From: Escherichia coli
Lineage (GTDB): Bacteria; Pseudomonadota; Gammaproteobacteria; Enterobacterales; Enterobacteriaceae
DNA: 64,000 bases
Strand: one strand, 5' to 3'
NCBI RefSeq assembly: GCF_965641715.1
Contig: NZ_OZ282453.1
A program made the position numbers and the translations under genes. Under the pieces are notes generated by a model that was not told the origin of the DNA, ran no database searches, and was given only the letters and a program-made list of their open reading frames with translations. Positions 1-11,750 of the stretch are shown one piece after another. Position 1 is the first letter of the stretch. The number at the start of each line of letters is the position of its first letter.

Positions 1-1
1 G

Positions 2-1060
2 GTCGTACTGATGGCGGGCCTGCAAGGTGCCGGTAAAACAACCAGCGTTGGTAAACTCGGTAAGTTCCTGCGCGAGAAGCACAAGAAGAAAGTGCTGGTG
101 GTTTCTGCCGACGTTTATCGCCCGGCGGCAATCAAACAGCTTGAGACGCTGGCAGAGCAGGTGGGCGTTGATTTCTTCCCTTCTGATGTTGGTCAGAAGC
201 CGGTAGATATCGTTAACGCGGCGCTGAAAGAAGCCAAACTGAAATTCTACGACGTGCTGCTGGTGGATACCGCTGGTCGTCTGCACGTTGACGAAGCGAT
301 GATGGACGAGATCAAACAAGTCCATGCGTCGATTAACCCGGTTGAAACCCTGTTTGTGGTTGACGCCATGACCGGTCAGGATGCGGCCAATACGGCAAAA
401 GCATTCAATGAAGCGTTACCGCTTACCGGCGTAGTGTTGACCAAAGTGGACGGCGATGCCCGCGGCGGTGCGGCGCTCTCTATTCGTCACATCACTGGCA
501 AACCGATCAAGTTCCTCGGTGTTGGCGAGAAAACTGAGGCGCTGGAGCCGTTCCATCCGGACCGCATCGCGTCGCGTATTCTCGGCATGGGCGACGTACT
601 GTCGCTGATCGAAGATATCGAAAGCAAAGTTGACCGCGCGCAGGCAGAGAAATTAGCCAGCAAGCTGAAAAAAGGTGACGGCTTCGATCTCAACGACTTT
701 CTTGAGCAGCTGCGCCAGATGAAAAATATGGGCGGCATGGCTAGCCTGATGGGCAAGCTGCCGGGCATGGGGCAGATCCCGGATAACGTCAAGTCACAGA
801 TGGACGATAAAGTGCTGGTGCGTATGGAAGCCATCATCAACTCGATGACGATGAAAGAGCGCGCTAAGCCAGAAATCATCAAAGGTTCGCGTAAACGCCG
901 TATTGCTGCCGGTTGCGGTATGCAGGTGCAGGACGTTAACCGTCTTCTGAAACAGTTCGACGACATGCAGCGCATGATGAAGAAAATGAAGAAGGGCGGA
1001 ATGGCGAAGATGATGAGAAGCATGAAGGGGATGATGCCGCCGGGATTTCCTGGTCGCTAA
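2..1060 (+). CDS. ffh: Signal recognition particle protein Ffh, 5' end truncated by window start
   Basis: GTPase G-domain motifs (GAGKTT, DTAGR, TKVDG) and Met-rich C-terminal M domain; reading frame is open from the window start. Confidence 0.95.
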   Translation, partial: VVLMAGLQGAGKTTSVGKLGKFLREKHKKKVLVVSADVYRPAAIKQLETLAEQVGVDFFPSDVGQKPVDIVNAALKEAKLKFYDVLLVDTAGRLHVDEAMMDEIKQVHASINPVETLFVVDAMTGQDAANTAKAFNEALPLTGVVLTKVDGDARGGAALSIRHITGKPIKFLGVGEKTEALEPFHPDRIASRILGMGDVLSLIEDIESKVDRAQAEKLASKLKKGDGFDLNDFLEQLRQMKNMGGMASLMGKLPGMGQIPDNVKSQMDDKVLVRMEAIINSMTMKERAKPEIIKGSRKRRIAAGCGMQVQDVNRLLKQFDDMQRMMKKMKKGGMAKMMRSMKGMMPPGFPGR

Positions 1061-1118
1061 ATGACCTTATGCGACAGAGTTATTAACTGCTGATTGCATT
1101 TTCTCCAGAAATCAGTAA

Positions 1119-1445
<327 letters not shown>

Positions 1446-1463
1446 TCTGTCACGGTGGTCATG

Positions 1464-2012
1464 ATGAGCAAACAACTCACCGCGCAAGCACCTGTTGATC
1501 CCATCGTTTTGGGAAAAATGGGTTCGTCTTACGGTATTCGTGGGTGGCTCAGAGTGTTTTCTTCCACCGAAGACGCCGAAAGCATTTTTGACTATCAGCC
1601 CTGGTTTATCCAGAAGGCGGGTCAGTGGCAGCAAGTCCAGCTGGAAAGCTGGAAGCACCACAATCAGGACATGATCATCAAGCTGAAAGGCGTTGACGAT
1701 CGTGATGCGGCGAACCTGCTGACGAATTGTGAAATTGTCGTGGATTCATCGCAGCTGCCTCAGCTTGAAGAGGGGGACTACTACTGGAAAGACCTTATGG
1801 GCTGCCAGGTAGTAACCACTGAAGGCTACGATCTCGGTAAAGTCGTCGATATGATGGAAACCGGATCCAATGACGTTCTCGTCATTAAGGCAAACCTGAA
1901 AGATGCGTTTGGTATCAAGGAACGTCTCGTACCGTTCCTCGATGGGCAGGTTATCAAGAAAGTCGATCTCACTACTCGTTCAATCGAAGTAGATTGGGAT
2001 CCTGGTTTTTAA
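1464..2012 (+). CDS. rimM: 16S rRNA processing protein RimM
   Basis: Product [20 protein letters not shown]... matches RimM; start chosen among clustered Met codons (1455/1461/1464), exact start uncertain. Confidence 0.9.
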
Positions 2013-2042
2013 ACCACCGGATAAACGGTAAAAGACGGCGCT

Positions 2043-2810
2043 ATGTGGATTGGCATAATTAGCCTGTTTCCTGAAATGTTCCGCGCAATTACCGATTACG
2101 GGGTAACTGGCCGGGCAGTTAAAAATGGCCTGCTGAGCATCCAGAGCTGGAGTCCTCGCGACTTCACGCATGACCGGCACCGTACCGTGGACGATCGTCC
2201 TTACGGCGGCGGACCGGGGATGTTAATGATGGTGCAACCCTTGCGGGACGCCATTCATGCAGCAAAAGCCGCGGCGGGTGAAGGCGCAAAGGTGATTTAT
2301 CTGTCACCACAGGGACGCAAGCTTGATCAAGCGGGCGTCAGCGAGCTAGCAACGAATCAAAAATTGATTCTGGTGTGCGGTCGCTACGAAGGTATAGATG
2401 AGCGCGTGATCCAAACCGAAATTGACGAAGAATGGTCAATCGGCGATTACGTTCTCAGTGGTGGTGAGTTACCAGCAATGACGCTGATTGACTCCGTTTC
2501 CCGGTTTATTCCGGGAGTACTGGGACATGAAGCCTCGGCAACGGAAGATTCCTTTGCTGAAGGATTGCTGGATTGCCCGCACTATACGCGGCCTGAGGTG
2601 TTAGAAGGGATGGAAGTTCCGCCAGTGTTACTGTCGGGCAACCATGCCGAGATACGTCGCTGGCGTTTGAAACAGTCGCTGGGCCGTACCTGGCTTAGAA
2701 GACCTGAACTTCTGGAAAACCTGGCTCTGACTGAAGAGCAAGCAAGGTTGCTGGCGGAGTTCAAAACGGAACACGCACAACAGCAACATAAACATGATGG
2801 GATGGCGTAA
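2043..2810 (+). CDS. trmD: tRNA (guanine37-N1)-methyltransferase TrmD
   Basis: 255-aa product [13 protein letters not shown]... with SPOUT-fold TrmD signature; conserved operon position after rimM. Confidence 0.95.
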
Positions 2811-2848
2811 GCCCCCGAGATATCAGTTTACCCAGGATAAGAGATTAA

Positions 2849-3199
<351 letters not shown>

Positions 3200-3228
3200 G
3201 ATTTCGCTTAAGCGACATCCTGTTAAGA

Positions 3229-3258
3229 AGGGCTGGCCAATTGGCTGGCCCTTTTTTT
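3229..3258 (+). terminator. Rho-independent terminator of the rpsP-rplS operon
   Basis: GC-rich hairpin GGGCTGGCCAATTGGCTGGCCC followed by a T7 run directly after the rplS stop. Confidence 0.6.
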
Positions 3259-3275
3259 ATCTGTTTGCTCGTGTT

Positions 3276-3758
3276 TTAAGGGGTAGTAATCACCACTGCG
3301 ACGCGGCGGTTCTCGGCGCGGCCCTGGGCGGTCTTGTTACTGGCTATGGGATATTTTTTTCCTAAACCCTGTGCGGTGAGATTGCTGCGCGGAATTTGTC
3401 CACCCTTAGCCCATGCATCGGCCACGACATTCGCCCGTTTCAATGATAAGCCTTCGTTGTAACTGTCTTCACCATAGTTATCGGTGTGTCCATCCATACG
3501 GGCATGTGTTAGCCCTGTCGAGGCCAATTTGGCTGCCATGGTTTGGATCTGTTGCTGGCTTTCCGGGAGCAATTTGTAGTCATTTTTTGCGAACAGAATG
3601 GCATCTGATAAGCCCAGCGACCAGTCGCCGGCGGATTCAGTAAATCCATAAGATTGCATAGCGGCGACTTGCTCAGGAGTAAACTTTCCCTGAGGGGACT
3701 GGCAGCCAGTCAGTATTAGTGAGGTGAAAATCAGGGGTGCTACCAGGTGCTTTATCAT
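3276..3758 (-). CDS. yfiB: OmpA-family outer-membrane lipoprotein YfiB
   Basis: Lipoprotein signal (LILTGCQ) and C-terminal OmpA-like peptidoglycan-binding region; adjacent to dgcN and yfiR. Confidence 0.85.
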   Translation of the reverse strand: MIKHLVAPLIFTSLILTGCQSPQGKFTPEQVAAMQSYGFTESAGDWSLGLSDAILFAKNDYKLLPESQQQIQTMAAKLASTGLTHARMDGHTDNYGEDSYNEGLSLKRANVVADAWAKGGQIPRSNLTAQGLGKKYPIASNKTAQGRAENRRVAVVITTP

Positions 3759-3773
3759 ATCGATATATCCTTG

Positions 3774-5000
3774 TTATCTCACCAGCTTTTCGGCACGCTG
3801 GTGTTTGGCCTGATACATATTGTGATCGGCAAGCTCTTGTAATTTTTCCGCAGAGGCGTGCTCAATGGTCATCGCGTAACCAATGCTTAATGTCATGGTG
3901 GTCTGATGGCCATTATTAAGATCAAACGGGAGATTAAAGATTTGTGTCAGTGCTGAGCATATCTGCTGCACTTCAGATTCCGACTGTACATCATAGAGCA
4001 CCATAGCGAATTCATCGCCGCCCAGGCGGTATGCTTTATGTCGCAGCCCGCCAAATTCAGCTAACCGTTTTGCGATTTCAATCAAGACTCTATCGCCCGT
4101 CGCATGACCCCAGGTATCATTGATATATTTGAAATTATCGCCATCAAGAAATAGTAACGCCGACGTTTTTCGGGCATCGGAATTGTTCATCAACGTATTG
4201 ATGCCGCTACGAAACGCTGCGCGGTTAGCCAGCCCGGTTAATGGGTCATGTAGCGCGGTACGCAGAAGCTGCGCATTTTTGGCCTGTAAACGAAGCTGCC
4301 ACTCTTCCATTTCATCCAGCAGACTGTTGAAGTCGAGAGCGAAGCGGTGAAACTCAGCGATACGTTCTTCCGAAACTCGTCGGGAAAAATTGCGGTTGGA
4401 ACGCACATCATGTACGACATCGGTGATATTTTTCAGTGCTTCCACCAGGCCATTGTGCAAATGGCGGGTGAGGGTAATTGCGATTCCTGATGCCAGCAGA
4501 ATACAACCGGTCAGTACGGCGAGCGAAAACCAGATAAAATGGCTGATTGAACTGTCGCGAGCGGTTAAGCGTACTTCGCCAATGGTTTCACCATTGTGAC
4601 GAATCGGCTGAATGATGGGGGCAGGGAAGAGCCAGTGGCTTATGAAATTGCTGAAAGTATCGCCTGGATCCTTACGGGTGTAATGCCAGGATGCCAGAAT
4701 ATTTTGCTGCTTATCACGTACTTCTGCAGTTGAAAATTGCCCTTGCTGGCCCAGCGCTGCCAGTGTTTCAGTTGCTGCAGGGCCATCGGCAAAAACGACA
4801 GCTGCTTCCAGACTGTAAGTCATTGTTGCTGCTGTCAGTGCCAGGTTTTTTTGCGCGTACTGTTTCAGGGTCAGCACCGAGGTCACGGAAAGCAGCAACC
4901 AGATCAGCATCATAGTGATAAATATGCTGGTCATACTGATGTTGCGTAATGCTCTTTTAAACGTGGGGCGCTTATTAAGAGAATTATCGTTATCCATCAT
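3774..5000 (-). CDS. dgcN: Diguanylate cyclase DgcN (YfiN), membrane-anchored GGDEF protein
   Basis: 408 aa with N-terminal transmembrane/periplasmic region and C-terminal GGDEF domain (RLGGDEF motif). Confidence 0.85.
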
Positions 5001-5508
5001 TTTTCTTCCGTGCGAGCATTAAGACATCCGGGTTGACCTTTACACCGCTACGCGATAAGGCATCCAGGTTTACGGCAAATCTGACGTCATTATTGTGGAT
5101 GATTAGACAAAAGGCGCTACCAATAATGCACTCGGTATTTTGTTCGGCAATTAATAATAACGCCTTTGACGGATATTGTTCGGTTAATTCCATCTGGAAT
5201 GTCGGTGACTCGTTGCCAAAATAAAAACCATTGCAGCCTGAAATCATCGCCTCTTGTTGAGTGTGAATGATGACAGGCAGATAAGGCAAAGATGTCGCGG
5301 CATTCTCTTGTAGGGCGGTACTAAAACGTGAAGATGAAAAGATACATAACTTTGGTGGCCCTGATAGCGCAGGCCAGCGGGTGTAACTGACAATACCGGA
5401 AACCATCATACGCACGTTTTTCGCAACGTCAGAAGGCTCCTGAGCGAGTATTGGTGCTCCCGTCAGCAGGAGAATCAGAAGTAAGAACAGTCGGTGAGAA
5501 AAACGCAT
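4990..5508 (-). CDS. yfiR: Periplasmic repressor of DgcN, YfiR
   Basis: 172 aa with signal peptide; first gene of the yfiR-dgcN-yfiB operon, overlapping the dgcN start. Confidence 0.85.
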
Positions 5509-5657
5509 TCAGGGATCCCCACCATCTTCGCTCGAAATGCATCGATATTTTTTCAGAATGCTCATTAAAATATCATTATTTCATGCGGTCGTCATCATTG
5601 TGAGAAATAAAACATAATGAGTAAAATCTTATGTTTAATTTATTTGTGGGGTTTTAA

Positions 5658-6023
5658 TTAATTTAATCGTATTGCGCTGGCATTTTCATCAGCCCCTTTT
5701 TGCCATACTTCATGCAGTTGGCTGGCATTTTCAACATTGTTGCAGCTGGCAGGAAAGCTTTTACCGGAAAGTCCTCGGGCATAAGTAAAATCGGTCTGGC
5801 AAGTTTTCTTTTGTCCTTCGGCATATCCTTTAAGGTATAGACCGCGATCCGCCTGTGAATCGCTAAATGCATCGTCATCTTTTATGGCGCTGCCCGATAT
5901 CGCATCTTCCATACCAACATCATACCAGTCGGTGCTGGTCAAGGTTGGCGCGTGAGTATAAGGATCAATCTGGCATCCGCTAACCAGTAAAGCCAACAAG
6001 GGGGCGATAAACTTTTTCATCAT
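5658..6023 (-). CDS. yfiL: Lipoprotein YfiL
   Basis: Lipobox LLVSGCQ after a signal peptide; likely start at MMKKF (6023), whereas the track ORF extends to 6062 from a TTG. Confidence 0.75.
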   Translation of the reverse strand: MMKKFIAPLLALLVSGCQIDPYTHAPTLTSTDWYDVGMEDAISGSAIKDDDAFSDSQADRGLYLKGYAEGQKKTCQTDFTYARGLSGKSFPASCNNVENASQLHEVWQKGADENASAIRLN

Positions 6024-6068
6024 TTCTTTCTCCTTTTTCAAAGCATAGCGGATTGTTTTCAAAGGTGG

Positions 6069-6138
6069 TGTAAATTTATCTATACAGAATCAAGGATTGA
6101 AAGCGCGAATAAATTGCTTATGTAAAGAAAAATGTACG
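6069..6138 (+). promoter_or_regulatory. aroF promoter region with TyrR boxes
   Basis: TGTAAATTTATCTATACA (6069-6086) and TGTAAAGAAAAATGTACG (6121-6138) fit the TGTAAA-N6-TTTACA TyrR box pattern upstream of aroF. Confidence 0.5.
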
Positions 6139-6232
6139 AAATATGGATTGAAAACTTTACTTTATGTGTTATCGTTACGTCATCCTCGCTGAGGATCAAC
6201 TATCGCAAACGAGCATAAACAGGATCGCCATC

Positions 6233-7303
6233 ATGCAAAAAGACGCGCTGAATAACGTACATATTACCGACGAACAGGTTTTAATGACTCCGGCACAACT
6301 GAAGGCCGCTTTTCCATTAAGCCTGCAACAAGAAGCCCAGATTGCTGACTCGCGTAAAACCATTTCAGATATTATCGCCGGGCGCGATCCTCGTCTGCTG
6401 GTAGTATGTGGTCCTTGTTCCATTCATGATCCGGAAACTGCTCTGGAATATGCTCGTCGATTTAAAGCCCTTGCCGCAGAGGTCAGCGATAGCCTCTATC
6501 TGGTAATGCGCGTCTATTTTGAAAAACCCCGTACCACTGTCGGCTGGAAAGGGTTAATTAACGATCCCCATATGGATGGCTCTTTTGATGTAGAAGCCGG
6601 GCTGCAGATCGCGCGTAAATTGCTGCTTGAGCTGGTGAATATGGGACTGCCACTGGCGACGGAAGCGTTAGATCCGAATAGCCCGCAATACCTGGGCGAT
6701 CTGTTTAGCTGGTCAGCCATTGGTGCTCGTACAACGGAATCGCAAACTCACCGTGAAATGGCCTCCGGGCTTTCCATGCCGGTTGGTTTTAAAAACGGCA
6801 CCGACGGCAGTCTGGCAACAGCAATTAACGCTATGCGCGCCGCCGCCCAGCCGCACCGTTTTGTTGGCATTAACCAGGCAGGGCAGGTTGCGTTGCTACA
6901 AACTCAGGGGAATCCGGACGGGCATGTCATCCTGCGCGGTGGTAAAGCGCCGAACTATAGCCCTGCGGATGTTGCGCAATGTGAAAAAGAGATGGAACAG
7001 GCGGGACTGCGCCCGTCTCTGATGGTAGATTGCAGCCACGGTAATTCCAATAAAGATTATCGCCGTCAGCCTGCGGTGGCAGAATCCGTGGTTGCTCAAA
7101 TCAAAGATGGCAATCGCTCAATTATTGGTCTGATGATCGAAAGTAATATCCACGAGGGCAATCAGTCTTCCGAGCAACCGCGCAGTGAAATGAAATACGG
7201 TGTATCCGTAACCGATGCCTGCATTAGCTGGGAAATGACCGATGCCTTGCTGCGTGAAATTCATCAGGATCTGAACGGGCAGCTGACGGCTCGCGTGGCT
7301 TAA
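6233..7303 (+). CDS. aroF: Tyrosine-sensitive DAHP synthase
   Basis: 356-aa product [24 protein letters not shown]...; start at internal ATG 6233 of the track ORF. Confidence 0.95.
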   Translation: MQKDALNNVHITDEQVLMTPAQLKAAFPLSLQQEAQIADSRKTISDIIAGRDPRLLVVCGPCSIHDPETALEYARRFKALAAEVSDSLYLVMRVYFEKPRTTVGWKGLINDPHMDGSFDVEAGLQIARKLLLELVNMGLPLATEALDPNSPQYLGDLFSWSAIGARTTESQTHREMASGLSMPVGFKNGTDGSLATAINAMRAAAQPHRFVGINQAGQVALLQTQGNPDGHVILRGGKAPNYSPADVAQCEKEMEQAGLRPSLMVDCSHGNSNKDYRRQPAVAESVVAQIKDGNRSIIGLMIESNIHEGNQSSEQPRSEMKYGVSVTDACISWEMTDALLREIHQDLNGQLTARVA

Positions 7304-7313
7304 GAGGTTTATT

Positions 7314-8435
7314 ATGGTTGCTGAATTGACCGCATTACGCGATCAAATTGATGAAGTCGATAAAGCGCTGCTGAATTTATTAGCGAAGCGTCTGGAACTG
7401 GTTGCTGAAGTGGGAGAGGTGAAAAGCCGCTTTGGACTGCCTATTTATGTTCCGGAGCGAGAGGCATCTATGTTGGCCTCGCGTCGTGCAGAGGCGGAAG
7501 CTCTGGGTGTACCGCCAGATCTGATTGAGGATGTTTTGCGTCGGGTGATGCGTGAATCTTACTCCAGTGAAAACGACAAAGGATTTAAAACACTTTGTCC
7601 GTCACTGCGTCCGGTGGTTATCGTCGGCGGTGGCGGTCAGATGGGACGCCTGTTCGAGAAGATGCTGACACTATCGGGTTATCAGGTGCGGATTCTGGAG
7701 CAACATGACTGGGATCGAGCGGCTGATATTGTTGCCGATGCCGGAATGGTGATTGTTAGTGTGCCAATCCACGTTACTGAGCAAGTTATTGGCAAATTAC
7801 CGCCTTTACCGAAAGATTGTATTCTGGTTGATCTGGCATCAGTGAAAAATGGACCATTACAGGCCATGCTGGCGGCGCACGATGGCCCGGTACTGGGGTT
7901 ACACCCAATGTTCGGTCCGGACAGCGGTAGCCTGGCAAAGCAAGTTGTGGTCTGGTGTGATGGACGTAAACCGGAAGCATACCAATGGTTTCTGGAGCAA
8001 ATTCAGGTCTGGGGCGCTCGGTTGCATCGTATTAGCGCCGTCGAGCACGATCAGAATATGGCGTTTATTCAGGCACTGCGCCACTTTGCTACTTTTGCTT
8101 ACGGGCTGCACCTGGCAGAAGAAAATGTTCAGCTTGAGCAACTTCTGTCGCTCTCTTCGCCGATTTACCGCCTTGAGCTGGCGATGGTCGGGCGACTGTT
8201 CGCTCAGGATCCGCAGCTTTATGCCGACATTATTATGTCGTCAGAGCGTAATCTGGCGTTAATCAAACGTTACTATAAGCGTTTCGGCGAGGCGATTGAG
8301 TTGCTGGAGCAGGGCGATAAGCAGGCGTTTATTGACAGTTTCCGCAAGGTGGAGCACTGGTTCGGCGATTACGCACAGCGTTTTCAGAGTGAAAGCCGCG
8401 TGTTATTGCGTCAGGCGAATGACAATCGCCAGTAA
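7314..8435 (+). CDS. tyrA: Bifunctional chorismate mutase / prephenate dehydrogenase (T-protein)
   Basis: 373 aa with N-terminal chorismate mutase and NAD-binding GGGGQMG prephenate dehydrogenase domain; follows aroF. Confidence 0.95.
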   Translation: MVAELTALRDQIDEVDKALLNLLAKRLELVAEVGEVKSRFGLPIYVPEREASMLASRRAEAEALGVPPDLIEDVLRRVMRESYSSENDKGFKTLCPSLRPVVIVGGGGQMGRLFEKMLTLSGYQVRILEQHDWDRAADIVADAGMVIVSVPIHVTEQVIGKLPPLPKDCILVDLASVKNGPLQAMLAAHDGPVLGLHPMFGPDSGSLAKQVVVWCDGRKPEAYQWFLEQIQVWGARLHRISAVEHDQNMAFIQALRHFATFAYGLHLAEENVQLEQLLSLSSPIYRLELAMVGRLFAQDPQLYADIIMSSERNLALIKRYYKRFGEAIELLEQGDKQAFIDSFRKVEHWFGDYAQRFQSESRVLLRQANDNRQ

Positions 8436-8437
8436 TA

Positions 8438-8476
8438 ATCCAGTGCCGGATGATTCACATCATCCGGCACCTTTTC
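8438..8476. terminator. Bidirectional terminator between convergent tyrA and pheA
   Basis: Inverted repeat CCAGTGCCGGATGATTCACATCATCCGGCACCTTTT lying between the two convergent stop codons. Confidence 0.6.
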
Positions 8477-8477
8477 A

Positions 8478-9638
8478 TCAGGTTGGATCAACAGGCACTA
8501 CGTTCTCACTTGGGTAACAGCCCAATACCTTCATTGAACGGGTGATTTCCCCTAACTCTTTCAATGCTTTTTGCATTTCCGCTGATTCAAGATTGGCCTG
8601 AATATCCAGATAAAACATCTCTTCCCATGGATTACCGTGAATCGGGCGTGATTCCAGACGGGTCATAATCAGATTGTGGTTGCGCAGTACCAGCAACGCT
8701 TCAACCAGCGCACCGGCTTGTTGCCCGGTCGCCATTAACAACGTCGTTTTCGCCGGAACCTGATCAGACACGTTAATGGCTTTACGCGCCAACACCACAA
8801 ATCGGGTGAAGTTTTGTCGCTGATTCGCTTCAATCCGCTCCAGTACCTGCAAACCGTACAAAGTGCCGCCAGCTTCGCTTCCCAACGCAGCAACATGCGG
8901 TGATTTTGCCTGTGCAACCTTTTCCATTGCCGCAGACGTACTTTCGGTATATTCAATCTTCCAGTGCGGATAACGATTAAGGAATTTGCTGCATTGCTGG
9001 AATGGCTGCGGATGGCTGTAGACCGTATTGATGGTGGATAAATCAGTAGTGCCGGAGACCAACAAACAATGGTCGATAGTTAACGTCATCTCGCCAACAA
9101 TCGACAAGCTGGTATGTTGCAGCAGATCGTAAACGTCATTTATGGCACCGGAGCTGGTATTTTCAATCGGTACGACGGCATAGTCGGCCTGGCCGGTTTC
9201 CACCTGATTAAAAATATCGGCAAATTTGGCGCAGCCACTTTCAATGAATTGCTCAAAGTGACGGGCAGCATACTGGCGCGCCGCAAGATGGGAATAAGAA
9301 CCTTTGGGGCCGAGAAAAGCGATGCGTGCTGAGTGCGGATTAATTTTATTGAGATGTTGTTGGAGCAAAGCCTGCTGAGTTAATACGGAATCTTCAATGA
9401 TGAGCTGGAACAGGCGAGTAATGTAATGGGCGTCCAGATGGTGCGCTTTACCGAGCGTAATTAATCTTTCCAGTAAATCGCGTTCACGATCAATATCACG
9501 TACCGGGCGATGCGAGAGCAGTTTGGCTTTTCCCACCTCGACGGCCAGTTCGCGCCGCTCTGCGAGTAATGCTAATAATTTTTCATCCAGCGCGCTGATT
9601 TTCTCTCGCAGCGCCAGTAACGGGTTTTCCGATGTCAT
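8478..9638 (-). CDS. pheA: Bifunctional chorismate mutase / prephenate dehydratase (P-protein)
   Basis: 386 aa beginning [22 protein letters not shown]...; chorismate mutase, prephenate dehydratase and ACT domains. Confidence 0.95.
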
Positions 9639-9660
9639 AGTGTTGCCTTTTTGTTATCAA

Positions 9661-9690
9661 TAAAAAAGGCCCCCCGATTTGGGAGGCCTT
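9661..9690 (-). terminator. pheA attenuator (leader terminator)
   Basis: GC-rich hairpin plus T-run on the minus strand between pheL and pheA. Confidence 0.6.
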
Positions 9691-9736
9691 ATTGTTCGTC
9701 TTCGCATTCTGTTTCATACGACGAAACGCCTCCCAT

Positions 9737-9784
9737 TCAGGGGAAGGTAAAAAAGAATGCGAAGAAAAACGGTGTGTGTTTCAT
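9737..9784 (-). CDS. pheL: pheA operon leader peptide (Phe-rich)
   Basis: 15-codon ORF MKHTPFFFAFFFTFP with seven Phe codons, upstream of the attenuator hairpin; absent from the ORF track because it is short. Confidence 0.85.
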   Translation of the reverse strand: MKHTPFFFAFFFTFP

Positions 9785-9838
9785 GTTTGTTTCCTTAAGT
9801 GACTTTAGTACAGTACCCGTACTGTTTTCACGCTGTCA

Positions 9839-9865
9839 ACAAAAAACGCGCCCGAAGGTGCGTTG
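9839..9865. repeat. Prophage attL direct repeat (int-proximal)
   Basis: ACAAAAAACGCGCCCGAAGGTGCGTTG; matches 45803-45829 at 26 of 27 positions. Confidence 0.6.
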
Positions 9866-9951
9866 TAAAACCCACTGAATTCAATGTTTTCCCTTTGTTT
9901 TCAGTGGGTTTTGTTATTGGTGGGGGGTACTGATTACCCTATAAAACCCAC

Positions 9952-10974
9952 TTATGTGGATGAAATGTGGATGCCTCCTTTTAACGGATTAAGTGAAATT
10001 GCATCCTGGAGGAAATCAGGAGCGAGGTGCGCATAGGTCATAGTTTGCTGGATCGTGGCGTGCCCCATAATTCGCTGGAGCGTAAGTATATTTCCTCCAT
10101 TAATCATAAAGTGAGCTGCAAAGGTATGGCGTAGAACATGTACTGCCTGCCCTTTTGGTAGATCAGGTTTAACACTGCGAAGCACCTTGCGATATTCCTC
10201 ATAATTGACGTCAAACAAAAGGCCGGATTTCTTTGTTTTGATCTCGCTAACAACTTCATCAGAGACAGGAATAATTCGAACTTTTCCGTTTTTAGTTTTG
10301 TTAAACGTCACGCGGTTATTGATGATGTGTTCCGCGCGCAGATTTTTCGCTTCTCCCCATCTCGCACCAGTACTGAGACAAAGTAGCGTAATCCGCCGGG
10401 CATCACCGCTTACTGCATCCAGTAATTTGGCAATTTCTTCCGTGGTGAGATACGTCATTTCGGGTGATTTTCGTTTCAAAGAGGGGAGGGCGCGGAGCGG
10501 ATTTTCTCCGTGAAATTCCCCGGCATTTGCCAGGAGTGTAAACATTCCTCCGAGATCCGACTCATCACGCCGAACAGTAGACTCTTTTACTCCCAAAGAT
10601 AAACGGGAGCTTCGATAAGCGGCCATGAAACGAGCATTAATCTGGCTAACCCTTGGATCATTCATTTCTTTGATGATTTTTTTCAACCTGGTTAGAACGC
10701 CGTTAGCATATGGCTTATTGCGTCCACCCAATTCCCACCATAACGGAAGCAGATCTGAGAGATGACGTTGCTCTGTTGGCTTTTCAAGCCATTCCTTATC
10801 GTGCATGTGGCTGAGAACATAACGCTCAAAGGCCACTGCATCTGCCTTTTTCTTAAAAATCCGCTGAATCCGACGTCCACTTCGGCCACGCGGTCTAACA
10901 TCCACTTTATACCGTCCACCATCGAGTGCTTTAATTGCCATTGGCAAGCCCTCCGGTGAAACGAGGAAAGACAT
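9952..10974 (-). CDS. int: Phage tyrosine integrase
   Basis: 340 aa with C-terminal tyrosine recombinase catalytic region (HxLRHT...Y); immediately inside attL. Confidence 0.9.
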   Translation of the reverse strand: MSFLVSPEGLPMAIKALDGGRYKVDVRPRGRSGRRIQRIFKKKADAVAFERYVLSHMHDKEWLEKPTEQRHLSDLLPLWWELGGRNKPYANGVLTRLKKIIKEMNDPRVSQINARFMAAYRSSRLSLGVKESTVRRDESDLGGMFTLLANAGEFHGENPLRALPSLKRKSPEMTYLTTEEIAKLLDAVSGDARRITLLCLSTGARWGEAKNLRAEHIINNRVTFNKTKNGKVRIIPVSDEVVSEIKTKKSGLLFDVNYEEYRKVLRSVKPDLPKGQAVHVLRHTFAAHFMINGGNILTLQRIMGHATIQQTMTYAHLAPDFLQDAISLNPLKGGIHISST

Positions 10975-11007
10975 TTCCAGTTTGTAAAACGTAAGAATAA
11001 TAAAGGG

Positions 11008-11325
11008 TTAACCAATTTTCCTTTCGGATGGGGGTAAATCCGTTGGTTCTTGCCCATAGTGTGCGAGAGCCGGAGCTATCTGCCCGGATTCAGGCGCAAT
11101 TTTTCCAGTCATAAACCACAACGCATATTTCTCAAATCTGGGGTTGTTTAGTATTTGCTCAATTACTTCAGCATTAGGGATAGTTTTACCGCTTTCATAT
11201 CTCCACAGAGCATCACGGTTTAAACCAAGCATTTTTGCTGTATCCGGGAGGCTAGTAAGTCTCTCGCTTTCACGCATGATTTTTATGCGCTCTCCAATAG
11301 TCATACGCATGTTGCAATTCTCCAA
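11008..11325 (-). CDS. P2 C-type immunity repressor
   Basis: About 100 aa with HTH and C-terminal WFMTGKIAPESGQIAPALAHYGQ, resembling P2 repressor C as recalled; divergent from the early operon. Confidence 0.8.
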   Translation of the reverse strand: MENCNMRMTIGERIKIMRESERLTSLPDTAKMLGLNRDALWRYESGKTIPNAEVIEQILNNPRFEKYALWFMTGKIAPESGQIAPALAHYGQEPTDLPPSERKIG

Positions 11326-11405
11326 CGTCTGTATTAATGTTTATACAAATGAGTTTGATTTGGGGCATCCGTCGCAAGAAATACCCCAAACAGGGAGATT
11401 ATCAC

Positions 11406-11732
11406 ATGAATGAAGAACTATTGAGGGCATTGTTTAAGATCCCAGACCCCATCACCGTCGATGAGTTTTCCCGCCGCACAGGTAAGACCGAATCAGCCGT
11501 AAGAAAGTTGGTAGAGCGTCGACTCATCCCTCTAACTACTGAGCGCGAGGTTTTAGGCGAGGAAGGGAGTTCGCGCCGTCTTCTCATCCTTTGGAATGAG
11601 TGGCTCGAAATGGTCTATGACGCAACGAAACAGCTTCCTCCTGAGCGTAAAGATTGGCGCAATCACTGGCTGAAGAAAGCCAAGAAGCTGGCGGAAGATT
11701 TGGGATTAGGTTTTCTTAATTTTGCTGCATGA
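11406..11732 (+). CDS. Putative Cox/Apl-like excisionase-regulator (first early gene)
   Basis: Position and orientation match P2 cox; small basic protein with a predicted DNA-binding fold. Start at internal ATG 11406; sequence similarity to Cox not established. Confidence 0.45.
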   Translation: MNEELLRALFKIPDPITVDEFSRRTGKTESAVRKLVERRLIPLTTEREVLGEEGSSRRLLILWNEWLEMVYDATKQLPPERKDWRNHWLKKAKKLAEDLGLGFLNFAA

Positions 11733-11750
11733 GATGCAGGGAGTTTTGAT

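Noticed and set aside
487-1023. 178-aa minus-strand ORF inside ffh
   Set aside because: Antisense to a highly conserved gene, Cys/Ser/Ile-rich low-complexity product, no RBS context.
9651-9878. 75-aa plus-strand ORF spanning the pheA attenuator, pheL and attL
   Set aside because: Runs antisense through pheL and the attenuator hairpin, starts at TTG and ends inside the att repeat; the region is explained by known regulatory elements.
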